DNA of 64,000 nucleotides, taken from the NCBI GenBank assembly GCA_964016885.1, contig OZ024742.1, positions 8,866,001 to 8,930,000 on the forward strand, written 5' to 3'. Below are positions 42,470 to 55,853 of the stretch, piece after piece (position 1 is the stretch's first letter; the number at the start of each line of letters is the position of its first letter). The notes under the pieces were generated by a model that saw only the letters and a program-made list of their open reading frames with translations, ran no database searches and was not told where the DNA came from. A program made the position numbers and the translations under genes. This stretch comes from Eledone cirrhosa. Its lineage: Eukaryota.

Positions 42470-43312
42470 AGTCTCTCTTTCAAACAATCCTCACATCTTT
42501 CAAACAATCCTCACATCTTTCCAGCACCATCACATCTTTTAACCCTCATCACATCTTTCAAGCACCATCACATCTTTTACCCCTCATCACATCTTTTAAC
42601 CCTCATCACATCTTTCAAGCACCATCACATCTTTTACCCCTCATCACATCTTTTAACCCTCATCACATCTTTCAAGCACCATCACATCTTTTACCCCTCA
42701 TCACATCTTTCAAGCACCAACACATTTTTAATCCTCATCTCATCTTTCATGCACCATCACATATTTTACCCGTCATCACATCTTTCAAGCACCATCACAT
42801 CTTTTAACCCTCATCACATCTTTCAAGCACCATCACATCTGTTAACCCTCATCACATCTTTCAAGCACCATCACAACTTTTAACCCTCATCACATCTTTC
42901 AAGCACCATCACAACTTTTAACCCTCATCACATCTTTCAAGCACCATCACAACTTTTAACCCTCATCACATCTTTCAAGCACCATCAGAACTTTTAACCC
43001 TCATCACATCTTTCAAGCACCATCACATCTTTTACCCCTCATCACATCTTTTAACCCTCATCACATCTTTCAAGCACCATCACATCTTTTAACTCCCATC
43101 ACATCTTTCAAACACCATCACATCTTTTAACCCCCATCACATCTTTCAAGCACCATCACATCTTTTAACCCCCATCACATCTTTCAAGCACCATCACATC
43201 TTTTAACCCCCATCACATCTTTCAAGCACCATCACATATTTTAACCCCCATCACATCTTTCAAGCACCATCACATCTTTTAACCCCCATCACATCTTTCA
43301 AGCACCATCACA
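42470..43312. repeat. 19/38-bp minisatellite (catcacatcttttaaccct + catcacatctttcaagcac)
   Basis: Two alternating 19-bp subunits, about 40 subunits in total. Confidence 0.95.
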
Positions 43313-43377
43313 TCATCGCATTTTGTTTTAATAACCTTTTAAATGGAGGTTTGTTTTGATTTTGTATATTACATTTA

Positions 43378-43690
43378 GGTTGTTGTTTTGTTGTTGTTGT
43401 TGTGTGTGTGTGTTTTGATTGTTGTTGTTGTTGTTGATGTGTTGTGGTTGTGGTTGTTGTTGCTGTGTTGTGGTTGTTGTTGGTGTGTTGTGGTTGTTGT
43501 TGGTGTGTTGTGGTTGTTGTTGGTGTGTTGTTGTTGTTGTTGGTGTGTTGTGGTTGTTGTTGGTGTGTTGTGGTTGTTGTTGGAGTGTTGTGGTTGTTGT
43601 TGGTGTGTTGTTGTTGTTGTTGGTGTTGTTGTTGTTGTTGTTGGTGTGTTGTGTTTGTTGTTGGTGTGTTGTGGTTGTTGTAGTTGTTAT
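43378..43690. repeat. (GTT)/(GGTGTGTT) compound microsatellite
   Basis: Seen directly. Confidence 0.9.
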
Positions 43691-44560
43691 ATTTCAGCTC
43701 AATCCTACAAGCTCAGTCGTCCCAACAATATTTCTCTTTATGTAGGACTACCTAGCCAAATAAAACAGTCTTTTTCGTTCACTTAGTGAGATGGATTTGG
43801 TTTCCTATTTCTGGAATATATTTGGACTTTTTTAGGTTTCTTAGAACAGACAACAAAGTGAAGATTATGGTCGTCTGTTATTTGAATGCTTGTCTTTAAA
43901 ATCAATCATTTATTGATTAGTTATCGTACTTATATGTTGTGTGGTTCTTTTGAAATACCATTAATTTGTTGTTGTTCTTAAACAACTGTGAGACTGAAAA
44001 ATATCGCAGTGTAAAATAAAATGAAATATATAAATGTATATATGTGTGTATATATATAAATGTATATATGTATATATATACATATATTGGTAAAAGGAAA
44101 AGAAAATGCTGACAAATTGTTCCCAGTGAAAAATTGTTTAATTAGGAATAAGTAAAAATTAGTAATAAGTATTGGTTAGTATATATATATATATATATGA
44201 TTTCTCCCGAATGAAACAGTTATATATATACATACATATATATAGGAAAAAGTATGGCCCCGACGGTAGAGCTCAAGCCGTTTCGACGGCTATTTCTGGA
44301 AATAGTCCAGAAATAGCCGTCGAAACTGCTTGAGCTCTGCCGTCGGGGTCGTACTTTTTCCTATTTCCCACTCTACTACCCTAAGTATTGAGTACTCTGG
44401 TGCGTTATGGTCCATCTGGAGCCTTACCACAATTCCTTTATCATACACACACACACATATATATATATATATGGTAAATTGAAGAATGATGGAAAATAAA
44501 TGGATATCTTTAAATGATGAAATTCTGCAGCCCAAAATAATATAAAACATATACACATAC

Positions 44561-44647
<87 letters not shown>

Positions 44648-44754
44648 CATACATGCAGGTAATTTAGGTTAAGCTGTATATAAACAAGTAGCAATTAATC
44701 AGGCCTGAGCTATATATAGTCATGTGTGAGTGTGTGTATGTGTGTCTGCGTGTG

Positions 44755-44944
44755 TCAGTATTTGGTAGTATCGGTAGACGGTCGGACGCCATGCTTTGCA
44801 GCAAAGCGTTACGGTTCTTTGTGGTCTGAGCTCAAATCCCACCGAGGTTAACTTTGCCTTTCATCCTTACGTGGTCGATAAAATAATACCAGTAATACAC
44901 TGCGATAATTGCTGGCCTTGTGCCAAAAGTAGAAACAATTATTA
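44755..44944 (+). mobile_element. tRNA-derived SINE (major family)
   Basis: Matches the family consensus. Confidence 0.85.
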
Positions 44945-45039
44945 ACCCTTTCGTCTGAAGACTGTCACCGTACGCCTGCCCTAATATGTCGCCCCTGATA
45001 TATTACTGGTACTAACACCTTAAATCAACATCCTAACCC

Positions 45040-45530
45040 AGACTTGATATAGTTACCTGTGATAAGGGAGAACAATCAACCATATTTGATATATAAGATG
45101 AAATTGTGTGCTGCAGACACTGCACGGATTTAATGGTGAAATTGGCAGGAATTTCGGTTTTACAAAACGCTCCAAGATAAAATTTGAGAGAGGGAAATTA
45201 ATAATAAGCAGCAAAATCATGTTAGATAAGGAAACAGAGATAAGCGAATTAAAGCAAACACAGACTTACAAATACTTAGAAATTAATGAACTAGATAGAT
45301 TGAGAAAGAATATTAGAAAGGCATGAGATTAATATTTAAAATAGACCTAAATGCCAAAGATAAAGTGATTGTAATATTCCAGCTGTTTCGTTATAGTTTT
45401 AATATTCTCAACTGAAAGCGAAGCGAATTAGTAAGATTACACAAGAAAACAAGGAATATAATGACCCGAAGTTCAAAAGAAAATAAGAGATTATATTTAC
45501 CACGAATACATGAAATTAATATCTTTTGCA
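45040..45530 (+). pseudogene. Old remnant of an R4/Dong-clade RT (domains 5-7 and thumb)
   Basis: EIGRNFGFTKRSKIKFERGKL...TYKYLEINE...LNAKDK...PAVSYSFNILN. Confidence 0.6.
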
Positions 45531-46575
45531 GCAATTATAAAAATATTATTAAACTAGTGTACCCATGGTGTGAAAAATGACGCCAGCTTCATTAACTTTA
45601 GAGTGTGACACATCCGTTTAAAACAGTGTATTTTATAAATGGAAACAGTTTCTCTGCCTGTCTGTCCGTCACGTATGTAGGAGTGAAAAGGGGAGGAATG
45701 GAGAGAAGTGCAACCCGTTTTTTAAGTTAAAAGAAAGTAGATAACATATGTCATGCTTATAGTTTATTGCAAGGTCAAGAGGTAATAAGGTTGAAATCTG
45801 TAGAATGGGGCGAGGAACCAGTGGCGACTGGGCTACTGATATTTTGTAAAAGATCTACCAATTATAAACAAAATATTTGAGTACATGGATGTTACAAAGC
45901 GATTCAATATCATAACCTTCTAGCTGCTTTACAGTTTCCCTTGCTTCACATTTCTTTATCTTTTCAATGTTTATTTTACCTCCTGTTGGCCTTCCATTAA
46001 TTAGTATTATTTTTCATAAAATAAAGTACCAGTAATGCACTGAGTATTTGCTGGCCTTGTGCCAAAAGTAGAAGCATTTATTTTTTATCTGATTCTTTTT
46101 TATGTTTTTAATTTTAATTTTATTTTTGTATTCACTTGTGTCTGTATATCTTGGTTTCCTTTGTTTCTCAACTGTAAGAAGTGCTAGATACTTCCCCCAC
46201 TCTCTCGTAGTTTATTAGCTCTATACGCACGTTTAAATTGATTAAATAGATAACTAAATAAATAAATGATACCATTGATAAATTCTTTATATAAAAATTC
46301 CTGCGTTCTGTATTTAGTCGTTAAATATTGCTCTCTGATGTTCAAATGATGATACTATATTGACAAAACTATTAAACAAATACATCGCCGCTGTCAAAAT
46401 ATTATTTACTTAATATTAAAATATTATTTACAAAATATTGAAAGATTTGCATATAATTATCATTTCAGATGTTCTTTTATCACAATGTTCACGGTAAGAC
46501 TACAAGTTATAGAGAGATTTCGATGTCTCCATTCACTATTTAACAATATTTTCAACATATTAAGATTTATTGTAA

Positions 46576-46700
46576 AGGCGTGTGGCTGAGTGGTTAGGGA
46601 ATTAGATTTGCAATCGTGAGGTTGTGAGTTCGATTCCAGAACTGAGCGATGCGTTATGTCATTGAGTAAGACACTTTATTTCGCGTTGCTCCTTCTACCT
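46576..46700 (+). mobile_element. Second tRNA-derived SINE family (also 59570-59705 +, 60840-60932 -, 62212-62345 +)
   Basis: ggcgtgtggctgagtggttag (A box), gagttcgattcc (B box), then tgtcattgagtaagacactttatttc. Confidence 0.8.
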
Positions 46701-47915
46701 GGAGTTGCGCCCGATAGGTAGTATTAGCAATTGGGAAGACCAATGGTAACATTGTTTCCTCGGTCCGATTTGACAAAAGTCGATCGTTCCTTTTTTTTTT
46801 AAGATTAATTATATTTCTCGTGATAGTTAAAGGAACATAAAGCAACATAAAGCTAACAACTTATTCTGCCTCACTGTCACTCTTTCCTTTTATTTCTCAT
46901 ACATTCACTCACCCTTTGTTGACTGACAGACTCCTACAGGGATGTCTTTAGCGCGACAACAGATAAAACAGAGAAATGTTGTTACTGTAGGATAGGCAGT
47001 AAATTGGTAGAATTGGCAGAATGTTGGATAGAATACTTTGCTGTTTTGGCTCTCTATTCTCTGAGTTCAAATCGGAAAATGGTGGCCCCCTTGAGGAGGG
47101 AGCCCTGTGAGGTGGGATGGCTGTTGCAGTGTCTCTGGTCATTCTCCGCGGTAACACCTTTGTCAGTTTGTCCGCGGGCCATGGCTGAGGTACTATTCTG
47201 TCTGGGGTGTAGTGTGTGTCTCCCTCCCATCACTTTCTTTCATTGCTTGAGTCTTTTTTTCGTATTCTTATTCACTATCCTTTGTTCCCTTTAAATGTGT
47301 GTTTTGTTTTGTATAACATATTTTGTGAAATGAAATAAAATAACTACATATATATGAAGTAGAGTGAGGTGGTTGTAGATAGAAAATATTGAAATAAAAT
47401 AAATAAATGTATTTAAAACATAGCACTACTAGCACACTTCACATTGGAGGACACAGGGGTGCTGGTACAGGACCGCCAGGGTTGGAGGACTATAGTGGAC
47501 CTGGTCGGCTCTATAGTCCGTGACACATCACCGTTGTCTAGAGATGACATCATTCCCATCTAACAAGAACAATAGATGAAATGATAGCACTATTAAATGT
47601 CCAACAAACACTGTATGTCGCCACCTCTACAACATCAGCAGGAATTACACATCCATACATTCATACAAAGAATAACATGACATTTTAAAACGAAAACAGA
47701 ATGTTTCTTTCCTTTCCTCTATTAATTCAATATATTAATTTTTAAAAATTTAATCTTTTTCCATTTTTTCTTAATTAAACATTATTTTTTTCTTGTAATT
47801 TTTATGCTTTAAACAATAAGTGAATCATAAAAATATTTCTGTTATAAAATGAAGCAGAGTTTTACTTTGGGGTCAAACATTCCAGCTTAATCTGGCAGTT
47901 TCTCTGAATTTTAAT

Positions 47916-47972
<57 letters not shown>

Positions 47973-48354
47973 GCTCTCTCTCTCTTTCTCGCTCTCTCTC
48001 TATCACTCACTCTAACACACATTCTCTCTCTTTTATCTCTCTCACACGCTCTTTCCACGTTTCCCTCTCTCCCCCTCTATTTCTAACTCCCGCCCAAATT
48101 TCTGGTCTTGTGCCTATAGTAGAAATTATTATTGATGATCATTGGGGTGTGGCATAGAGTTACGACCCTTTACGTTATGTGTTCAAATCCCGTCGAGGAT
48201 AGCTTTGCCTTTCATCCTTACGTGGTTGATAAAATAACGTACCAGTAAGGTACTGGTTCGATTTAATCGGTTTTACACTCTCCCCAAATTTTTGGCCTTG
48301 AGGCTGAGAAACTGTTTTTGATGTCCATGGTGTCCTCTTCCTTGCGTTATATTG

Positions 48355-48356
48355 CC

Positions 48357-48413
<57 letters not shown>

Positions 48414-48476
48414 ATAACAGTGGTGGTAGTGGTAGTAGTAGTAGTAGTAGTAATAGTAGTAGTAGTAGTAATGACA

Positions 48477-48518
<42 letters not shown>

Positions 48519-48594
48519 ATGAGTGGTGGTAGTGGTAGTAGTAGTAGTAGTAGTAGTAGTAGTAATGACAGTGGTGGTAGTGGTAGTAGTAGTC

Positions 48595-48638
<44 letters not shown>

Positions 48639-48657
48639 CCTAGTAGTAGTAGTAGTT
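48355..48657. repeat. (GTA)n trinucleotide microsatellite
   Basis: Seen directly. Confidence 0.95.
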
Positions 48658-48740
48658 AATATTTTATTAAATTAAAACCAGACAACTCTAGTGTCAGTGT
48701 CCTCAGGCAAGCCAAAAGAAATTTCCTTTACCTTCATTAT

Positions 48741-49105
48741 AATTGTTTCTACTTTTGGCACAAGGCCAGCAACTACCCCAGTGTATTACTGGTACTTTAT
48801 TTTATCGACCCTGTAAGGATGAAAGACAAATTTAACCTCGGCGGGATTTGAACTCAGACCGTAAAGGGACGTAACTCTGTGCTGGAAAGCATAGCGTCCG
48901 ACCCTCTACTGATACTGCTAATCCACCTCCCTATTATAATAATGGTTTCTTATATTGGCACAAGGCCTGCAATTTTAGGGGAGGGGAAAGTCGATTAAAT
49001 CGACCCCAGTGCGTGACTGGTACTTTATTTTATCGACGGAGTAAGGATGAAAGGCAAAGTTAACCTCGGCGGGATTTGAACTCAGAACGTAAAGGGACGT
49101 AACTG
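48741..49105 (-). mobile_element. Two tRNA-derived SINEs, minus strand (48741-48932, 48940-49105)
   Basis: Reverse-complement consensus. The second has the longer 3' variant. Confidence 0.88.
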
Positions 49106-49129
49106 TGGAGTAATAATAATAAATAGTTT

Positions 49130-49390
49130 GGTTGTTTTGTTGTTATTACTGTTGCTGTTACTGTTGTTGTCGTTGTTATTGTTGTTGTTGCTGTTGGGAT
49201 TATTGTTGTCGTTGATGTTACTGTTGTTGTTGTTGTTGTTATTGTTGTTGTTGTCGCTGCTGTTGTTGTTGTCGTTGCTGTTCCTGTTGCTGTTGTTATT
49301 GTTGTTGTCGTTGCTGTTACTGTTGTTGTTGTTATTGCTGTTGTTGTTATTGCTATTGTTCCTGTTAATGCTGTTATTATTGCTGTTGTC
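49130..49390. repeat. (GTT)n-derived microsatellite
   Basis: Seen directly. Confidence 0.9.
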
Positions 49391-49396
49391 AACAAT

Positions 49397-50113
49397 AGGG
49401 CGGTGGATTGGCAGTATTGCTGGAGCGTCAGAGGCCTGGCTTTGCAGCATGGAATTATGGCCCTTTACGTTCTGAGTTCGAATCCCGCCGAGGTTAACTT
49501 TGCCTTTCATCCTTACGGGGTCGATAAAATAAAGTACCAGTAATACATTGGATAATTGCTGGCCTTGTACCAAAAGTAGAAACAATTATTGTTGTCATAA
49601 ATTCAAACAATGCTACCAATTTGCTTCGTGTTTTTATCTTTGGGGTAACAAATTCTCGGAAGATCTGAACACCAGAAGTTCTTCAGAGAAGAAACCGCTA
49701 ACTATCAAGTACGTATTTCGGCCCTCAAACTTGGCTGTTTCAAATGCATTTTCTATTCACTCCTAATTTTCGAAGCGTTTTATGTTGCATAAGAAATCCG
49801 CTGTGTTCTGGTCTGGAGAGAGATGGACTCCGCCAGGCTTTAAAATGCCCTTACGACTCCATCATGACTGACAGAGCCATACCATATCATTCCTAAAAAG
49901 GGCATCTGATGTGTCGTCTTTATTATTCATAGAATTGGCAGTATCGGTAGAGGGTTGGACGCCATGCTTTCTGGTATAGTTACGTCAATTTACGGTCTGA
50001 GTTCAAATCCTACCGAGGTTAACTTTGCCTTTCATCCTTACGGGGTCGATAAAATAAAGTACCAGTAATGTACTGGTAATTTGCTGGCCTTGTGCCAAAA
50101 GTAGAAACAATTA
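49397..50113 (+). mobile_element. Two tRNA-derived SINEs (49397-49590, 49932-50113)
   Basis: Match the family consensus. Confidence 0.85.
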
Positions 50114-50779
50114 TATTTAATTATCTGTTTTCCCTTTTTTTAATCTTTTTTGGGGTCAATATATTTTCGGCTTCACTAAGTAAAACGATGTCTCTTTCTA
50201 TTTATCTCAGTTTTATGTAGAATATTTACTGTCGACATCTACTATTTATTTTTTATTATATTTCTATTAGTCTTAGGTGGGTCTGTTAGGATAACACGGT
50301 TTCTTCTCTACTGCAGCTGCAACTGAAGAGATTAGAGTTTTCGGTCTCTTCATTTCCGGTTTAGTTCATTTCCGTGGACACCTTTTTTTCTTGTTGGGCC
50401 CTGCCATATTTATTTATGCTTTTGCATGAATAAACGCAGATGTTTGCATTGATCTACGTTCAACGATTCTGTTATGTACGCGTCTACTAATAATATATAT
50501 ATTTACTGTTTATGTTAGGCCTTCGTCATTGTTAACTCTAGTACACGTGTTACCATGTTGGCTTATATTATTTTTGTTGAAGTGCGCAACTGATGGTATA
50601 TATCGGTTGTGACTCTATAATATATCGTTGAACCTTTCCACAGAACTTCTACAATTTTTATCGTCATTTAGAATCGTCTTTTCACTCTAGCAAAATGATG
50701 TTTTGCTGTAATGCCTTATATTTATATCTTCACAAGTAGATTTTTAGTATAGTCATATTACGGATATGCGGATAGAGTG

Positions 50780-50995
50780 TCCCAGGGAAGAATCGCTGGA
50801 CAGATTTTTCGAGCAAAAGCCAACCAGCTGGAGACCCAGGGATATACCCCGAGCAAGATGGTTGGATAACATTTATATCATAGTCGGGAAGATGTGTCTA
50901 AGGATTCTGCACTCACGGCTCTCTTGGTGTGAAGAAGAAGAAGAAGAAGAAGAAGAAGAAGAAGAAGAAGAAGAAGAAGAAGAAGAAGAAGAAGA
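50780..50995 (+). mobile_element. RTE 3'-end fragment with (GAA)n tract
   Basis: KPTSWRPRDIPRARWLDNI followed by (GAA)n. Confidence 0.5.
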
Positions 50996-51183
50996 CAAGA
51001 GCAGCTGGCAGTGATCATGTCGTTCTTGTTTTTACTTAAAGCCAAGTCAACCGTGATGAGGTCACCCAGGATTGAGCTGACTCATGATAAAGGCTGTTTC
51101 ATATGAAGGAAATATGCTCACCATATGTGTATTACATGATTTATAGTAATATATTAGGAATGGTATGTTAGTATTATAATGTA

Positions 51184-51512
51184 CTAGCAGAATGGCCTGG
51201 CGTTGCTCGGGATATGCTCTAGGGTTCTTATATATTTGATATATATTTATCCTTCTCGAGCCTCGTGAAGTAAATACGTTTGTTTATATTTTGTTATTGT
51301 GTATGCAAAAATATCTGTACGCGAATATATAAATAACAGTACAGAGAAGTACGGAATACCTCGGCCTTGGGTTGGTGTCTACATTTTGTGCTTATAAAAA
51401 AAATTCGTCGTACATTACCAGGGTTTTTTTCCGTTCGAAGAAAATCAATATTTATCGGGAAATAAATACTTTTGTTTATATGTGTATGCAAAAATATCTC
51501 TACACGAATATA

Positions 51513-51584
<72 letters not shown>

Positions 51585-51782
51585 AGCGTGAAACTAATAA
51601 ACCTTTGTTCGTACTGCCTCTCTGTTTTGTTCCCGTTCCATTTTTCAATATATATATATATTAAAATAACAGATTAAAGTTTAAGCAAAGAATCGCTCGC
51701 TGCTTTCACTCTTAACGGGATCTTCTGAAACTTGATTAATAAATCTGTGAACGCAGAAGTAAATATTTCGAAAAGCGTTACA

Positions 51783-51831
<49 letters not shown>

Positions 51832-52158
51832 ACATACCCCCCCCCCCACACACACACACAGACACCGATTCATAATGTCGTAATGCAGACAGCTAGCCAT
51901 ACAGGCAGATATTATAAGGGCGCAACGTTATATCTATGTATCTATCTAAAAAGAGAAAGACTAAGAGTTATAGAGAGAGATCGCTAAATCGCCTAATGCG
52001 GTCCCTAGGGAATTGAAAATTTGAATTGTTTTGCTCGAAACACTCAGGAGACCATAAGTATTACATGTGTAAAGTTTGAAAAAACTCGGTTGGGTGGTTC
52101 TCGAATTTTAGTGATGGACAGACAGACAAACAGACATTCTCTGTTTTAGTAATATAGA
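51184..52158 (-). mobile_element. Helitron B copy carrying internal Naiad-terminus fragments
   Basis: 5' A|TC at 52158; 51900-52158 matches 1184-1450. 3' hairpin cccgagcaacgccagg + CTAG|T at 51184. Segments 51213-51265 and 51660-51780 match the Naiad terminus. Confidence 0.65.
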
Positions 52159-52175
52159 TAATTTATTACATGATC

Positions 52176-54153
52176 TATATGTTTCTTTATTAGCCACAGG
52201 GGCACAAAAGAAGGGGACAAATACAAAGGGGGAAGTTTACATACAATAAAAACGTGTAAAATATTATCACAAATGTAATTTAAAAATTAGTCGATTTTCC
52301 CCAATAGGGGGAGACATTTCATATGGGTAACACATACCCCCGAAAAAAAATGTGCAACCCTCATCTCCAGGAGTACGAAGAGTTTGTGCTCCTTTCCTCT
52401 CCTCCTCTTTTTCCTCAACCTACAGGATGATATAGAGAGAAGGCCCATTCACTCGGGCCATTCTCGCCACTTTCACCCACCTTTCATAAAACTTGCTGGG
52501 GTACAGCACCTCTCTTTCCATCCTGATTGTTCTTCGAAAGTGGTATTTGAAAAAAAGAATCAGTTGTTGGCCGGAGAGAAAGGTGTCTGACCTCAGCCCT
52601 TTCAACCTTGTCCACCATACAACCTCTTTCGCCATAGCTATCACACAAAGGAAAATCGCCTCTCCTTCGTTTTTGAAGGAGGGTGGCTGTTTGATCATGA
52701 CAATGGACTCGGTTGTCAACCTGATTGGTCCCACCCGCGACAATAGTCGTTCTACATAGCCCCACAGTTCGGTGACGCCCGGGCAGTGTATGAATGCGTA
52801 CGCGACGGTTTCTTCGTCTCGCACGCACCTCGGACAGATCTTTTTTGCAGGGTCCCTGCCCGGGTGCCCATGTCTGTAGAGCTTGTCTCGAACTGGTAGA
52901 GCTCCTCGGTAGCACTGCCAGGCCAGGGACTTTTGGAAGTTGTCCATCGGTCCCGAGCGGAAGGTCCTGCCGAACAGACTGGCCAGTTCGTCTTCCTCTA
53001 CGCCCAAAGTTTCACCGAGCACGTCGTCGCACTTGCTGCGCATCAACCCTCTATAGAATGACGAAGTGGAGTCTCTACTGATCGCCGGGTCCGCCTGCCA
53101 GAGGGCTGTAAGCGCCTGATCACATTCAATGTGACAGTCGCCCATTTTCCTCGGTCTTTGCTCGACCCAGGACTGCAGCTCGGTCAGCGAGACGAGTCGT
53201 GGGAAGGCTCGCCTCACGAAAGGGGCCCACACCGGTTGTCCGGTGAGGAATACGTAGAGATGCCGCAGCCTGAGCGCGTGTTTGCGCATCGTCAGCCACG
53301 GCTCCCAAACCCTCCGTTGGAGGGGCGTTGGCAGCAGATGGATCTTCTCACCAAAGGAGCCTGCCTCTTCCAAAGGAATTGGAAGAGCGCGCACTCCATT
53401 TTGGCGAGCGTTTTGGCTGGACAAGGCACGACGGTCAAGCGGTATAAAAGTGTTCGCCACCTCCGATCGACCTTTCAAGGATAGTTTGCACTCGGCCCAC
53501 TTCTGGGTGAGAGCAAACACTTTGGCCGACACCTCGTTCCAGTTCTTCTCCACCTGGAAGTCCGGAACAAACCAGACCCCGAGCAGCTTTACTGGTCCTT
53601 CCGTCCAGCTTCCGACGACGCCATTGGAAGGCATCGGTTTCCTCTCCACGATCCGAGTTGCAAACCGATGGACTTGTCCCGGTTCAGCTTCGTTCCTGTG
53701 AACCTTTCGTATTCCTTCAGTAAGGTGCCGACTTCCTCGATTTGCGAGGTGCTCGACACCATTACTGTGACGTCGTCGGCGTAGGCCGACGCCGCTTTCC
53801 ACAGTCACGGTTCCAGAGGGATGCTCTGCAATAGCTCCAACTTCCGCAGTAGTGGCTCGAGAGTCAATACGTACAGGAGGGAGGAAAGAGGGCATCCCTG
53901 CCGAATGGATCGCATGATATGGAACGGCTCCGAGAGGTAGCCGTTCACCTTAACCCTTGAGCAGATGTTGCTGTTATGCATTGCAGCAATCCAGCCCCTG
54001 AACACGGGTCCGAAGCCCGAAGCCGGAAGTTGCCTATGTCATCCCCCTTATTCTCGTCCTTCCCGACTAGTTTTACTACGCCCCCGGTCACAGAACTGGG
54101 AATTCTCCCGTTCTGTTGCCAGTTGCAGTAGACCGCTACGTAAAATTCGTAGG
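52176..54153 (-). mobile_element. 5'-truncated, internally deleted second copy of the Tx1/L1-clade LINE
   Basis: Highly similar to 35175-37460, including the same 3' end ctaataaagaaacatat. Confidence 0.95.
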
Positions 54154-54154
54154 T

Positions 54155-54547
54155 CAGTGGTGGATTGACGGTATCGGTAGAGAGTCGGACGCCATGCTAT
54201 GCATTATAGAGTTGTGGCCCTTTACGGTCTGAGTTCAAATCACGCCGAGGTCATACTTACGAGGCCGACAAAATAAAGTACCAGTAATACACTGGTATAA
54301 TTGCTGGCGTTGTGCCAAATGTAGAAACAATATATTAGGGAATGGTAAGTTAATATGATAATACTGATTTAGGCACAATGCCAACAATTTTGGAGAGGAT
54401 AAAGTCGATTAAATAGACCCCAGTGTCTTACTGGTACTCCATTTTTATCGACACTGCATGGATGAAAGCATAGCTCGGATGGATTTGAACCCAGAACGTA
54501 AAGGGATGTTACTAGATGCTACAAAACCTTAACCGACGCTCCACCGC
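54155..54547. mobile_element. Convergent SINE pair (54155-54332 +, 54368-54547 -)
   Basis: Both carry the major SINE central domain. Confidence 0.8.
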
Positions 54548-54843
54548 ATATACATGCATATATACTTACATATATCAATACGTATTAATATACATACACA
54601 CGCTTTATACTCACAAACACCTCTATAAATACATACATACATGTGTGTATTTGTACAGGTATGCATACATACACACATACGTACATATTACATACATAAA
54701 TATATACATACATACTTATATACATGCATACGTACATACATATATACATAAATACATACGTAGATACTTACATGCGTAAGTATATACATACTTACGTACA
54801 TACATACATACTACATGTATACATACATATATACATACATACC

Positions 54844-54928
<85 letters not shown>

Positions 54929-55450
54929 GCATACGTAGATACATACATACATAGGTAGATACACATATGGGTATGTATATACATACTTAGGTACATACAG
55001 ACATATTACATGTACACATATATACATACTTAGGTACATACATACATACTACATTTTACACATACATACATACATAGAAGCAAGAATTTCATGTTATTTT
55101 CACTACGACGAAGCTGACGCGCTGTGACGCGAAGAAAGTGCAATATTTATGAAAAATAATCAGGATTAACTGCAAAGATAGAGATTAGTTGACAGTCCTC
55201 CTATTTAGATGTGTCACAGAGATCTACAGTAGTACGGGTTCTTAGTTAATCTCCAAAAGGATTGCCTGCAAGAAGAGGGGGCAGGGGTGATGAGTGATGT
55301 GGTATTAGTCAACTGAGGAATGTGTTAGTTGTCTTGTATTGTGCTAGAATTAGTGATAATACGTGTGTGTCACATTGTCTCTCTTTCTCTCCCACTGTCT
55401 GTGTGTGTGTCTGTGTGTTTGTGTGTGTGTGTGTAAGCGAGCGAATCAGG

Positions 55451-55481
<31 letters not shown>

Positions 55482-55681
55482 GGATTCGTGATAAGACTTC
55501 AGGGTGTGGAGAAACAAATAGATATATAAATGGAGAGATTTTTTGTAGAATGAGTCATAGATAGATCAATAGACACACATATATATATATACACACACAC
55601 ATACACACAGATACACACACACATACACACACACACACACACATATATATATATGTATATATATATATTATATATATATAT

Positions 55682-55740
<59 letters not shown>

Positions 55741-55801
55741 CAGCTGAGGAAAACGAAAGTGGGAAGAGAAAGACGAGATGGTGAGCAGGTGAGTAAACAG
55801 T

Positions 55802-55853
<52 letters not shown>

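Noticed and set aside
42470-43312. Interstitial telomeric repeat (taaccct words)
   Set aside because: There is only a single TAACCC per 38-bp unit, never tandem TTAGGG.
46576-46650. tRNA gene (also 59570, 60850, 62212)
   Set aside because: The A/B boxes run into a shared SINE body and the acceptor stem does not close, so these are SINE heads.
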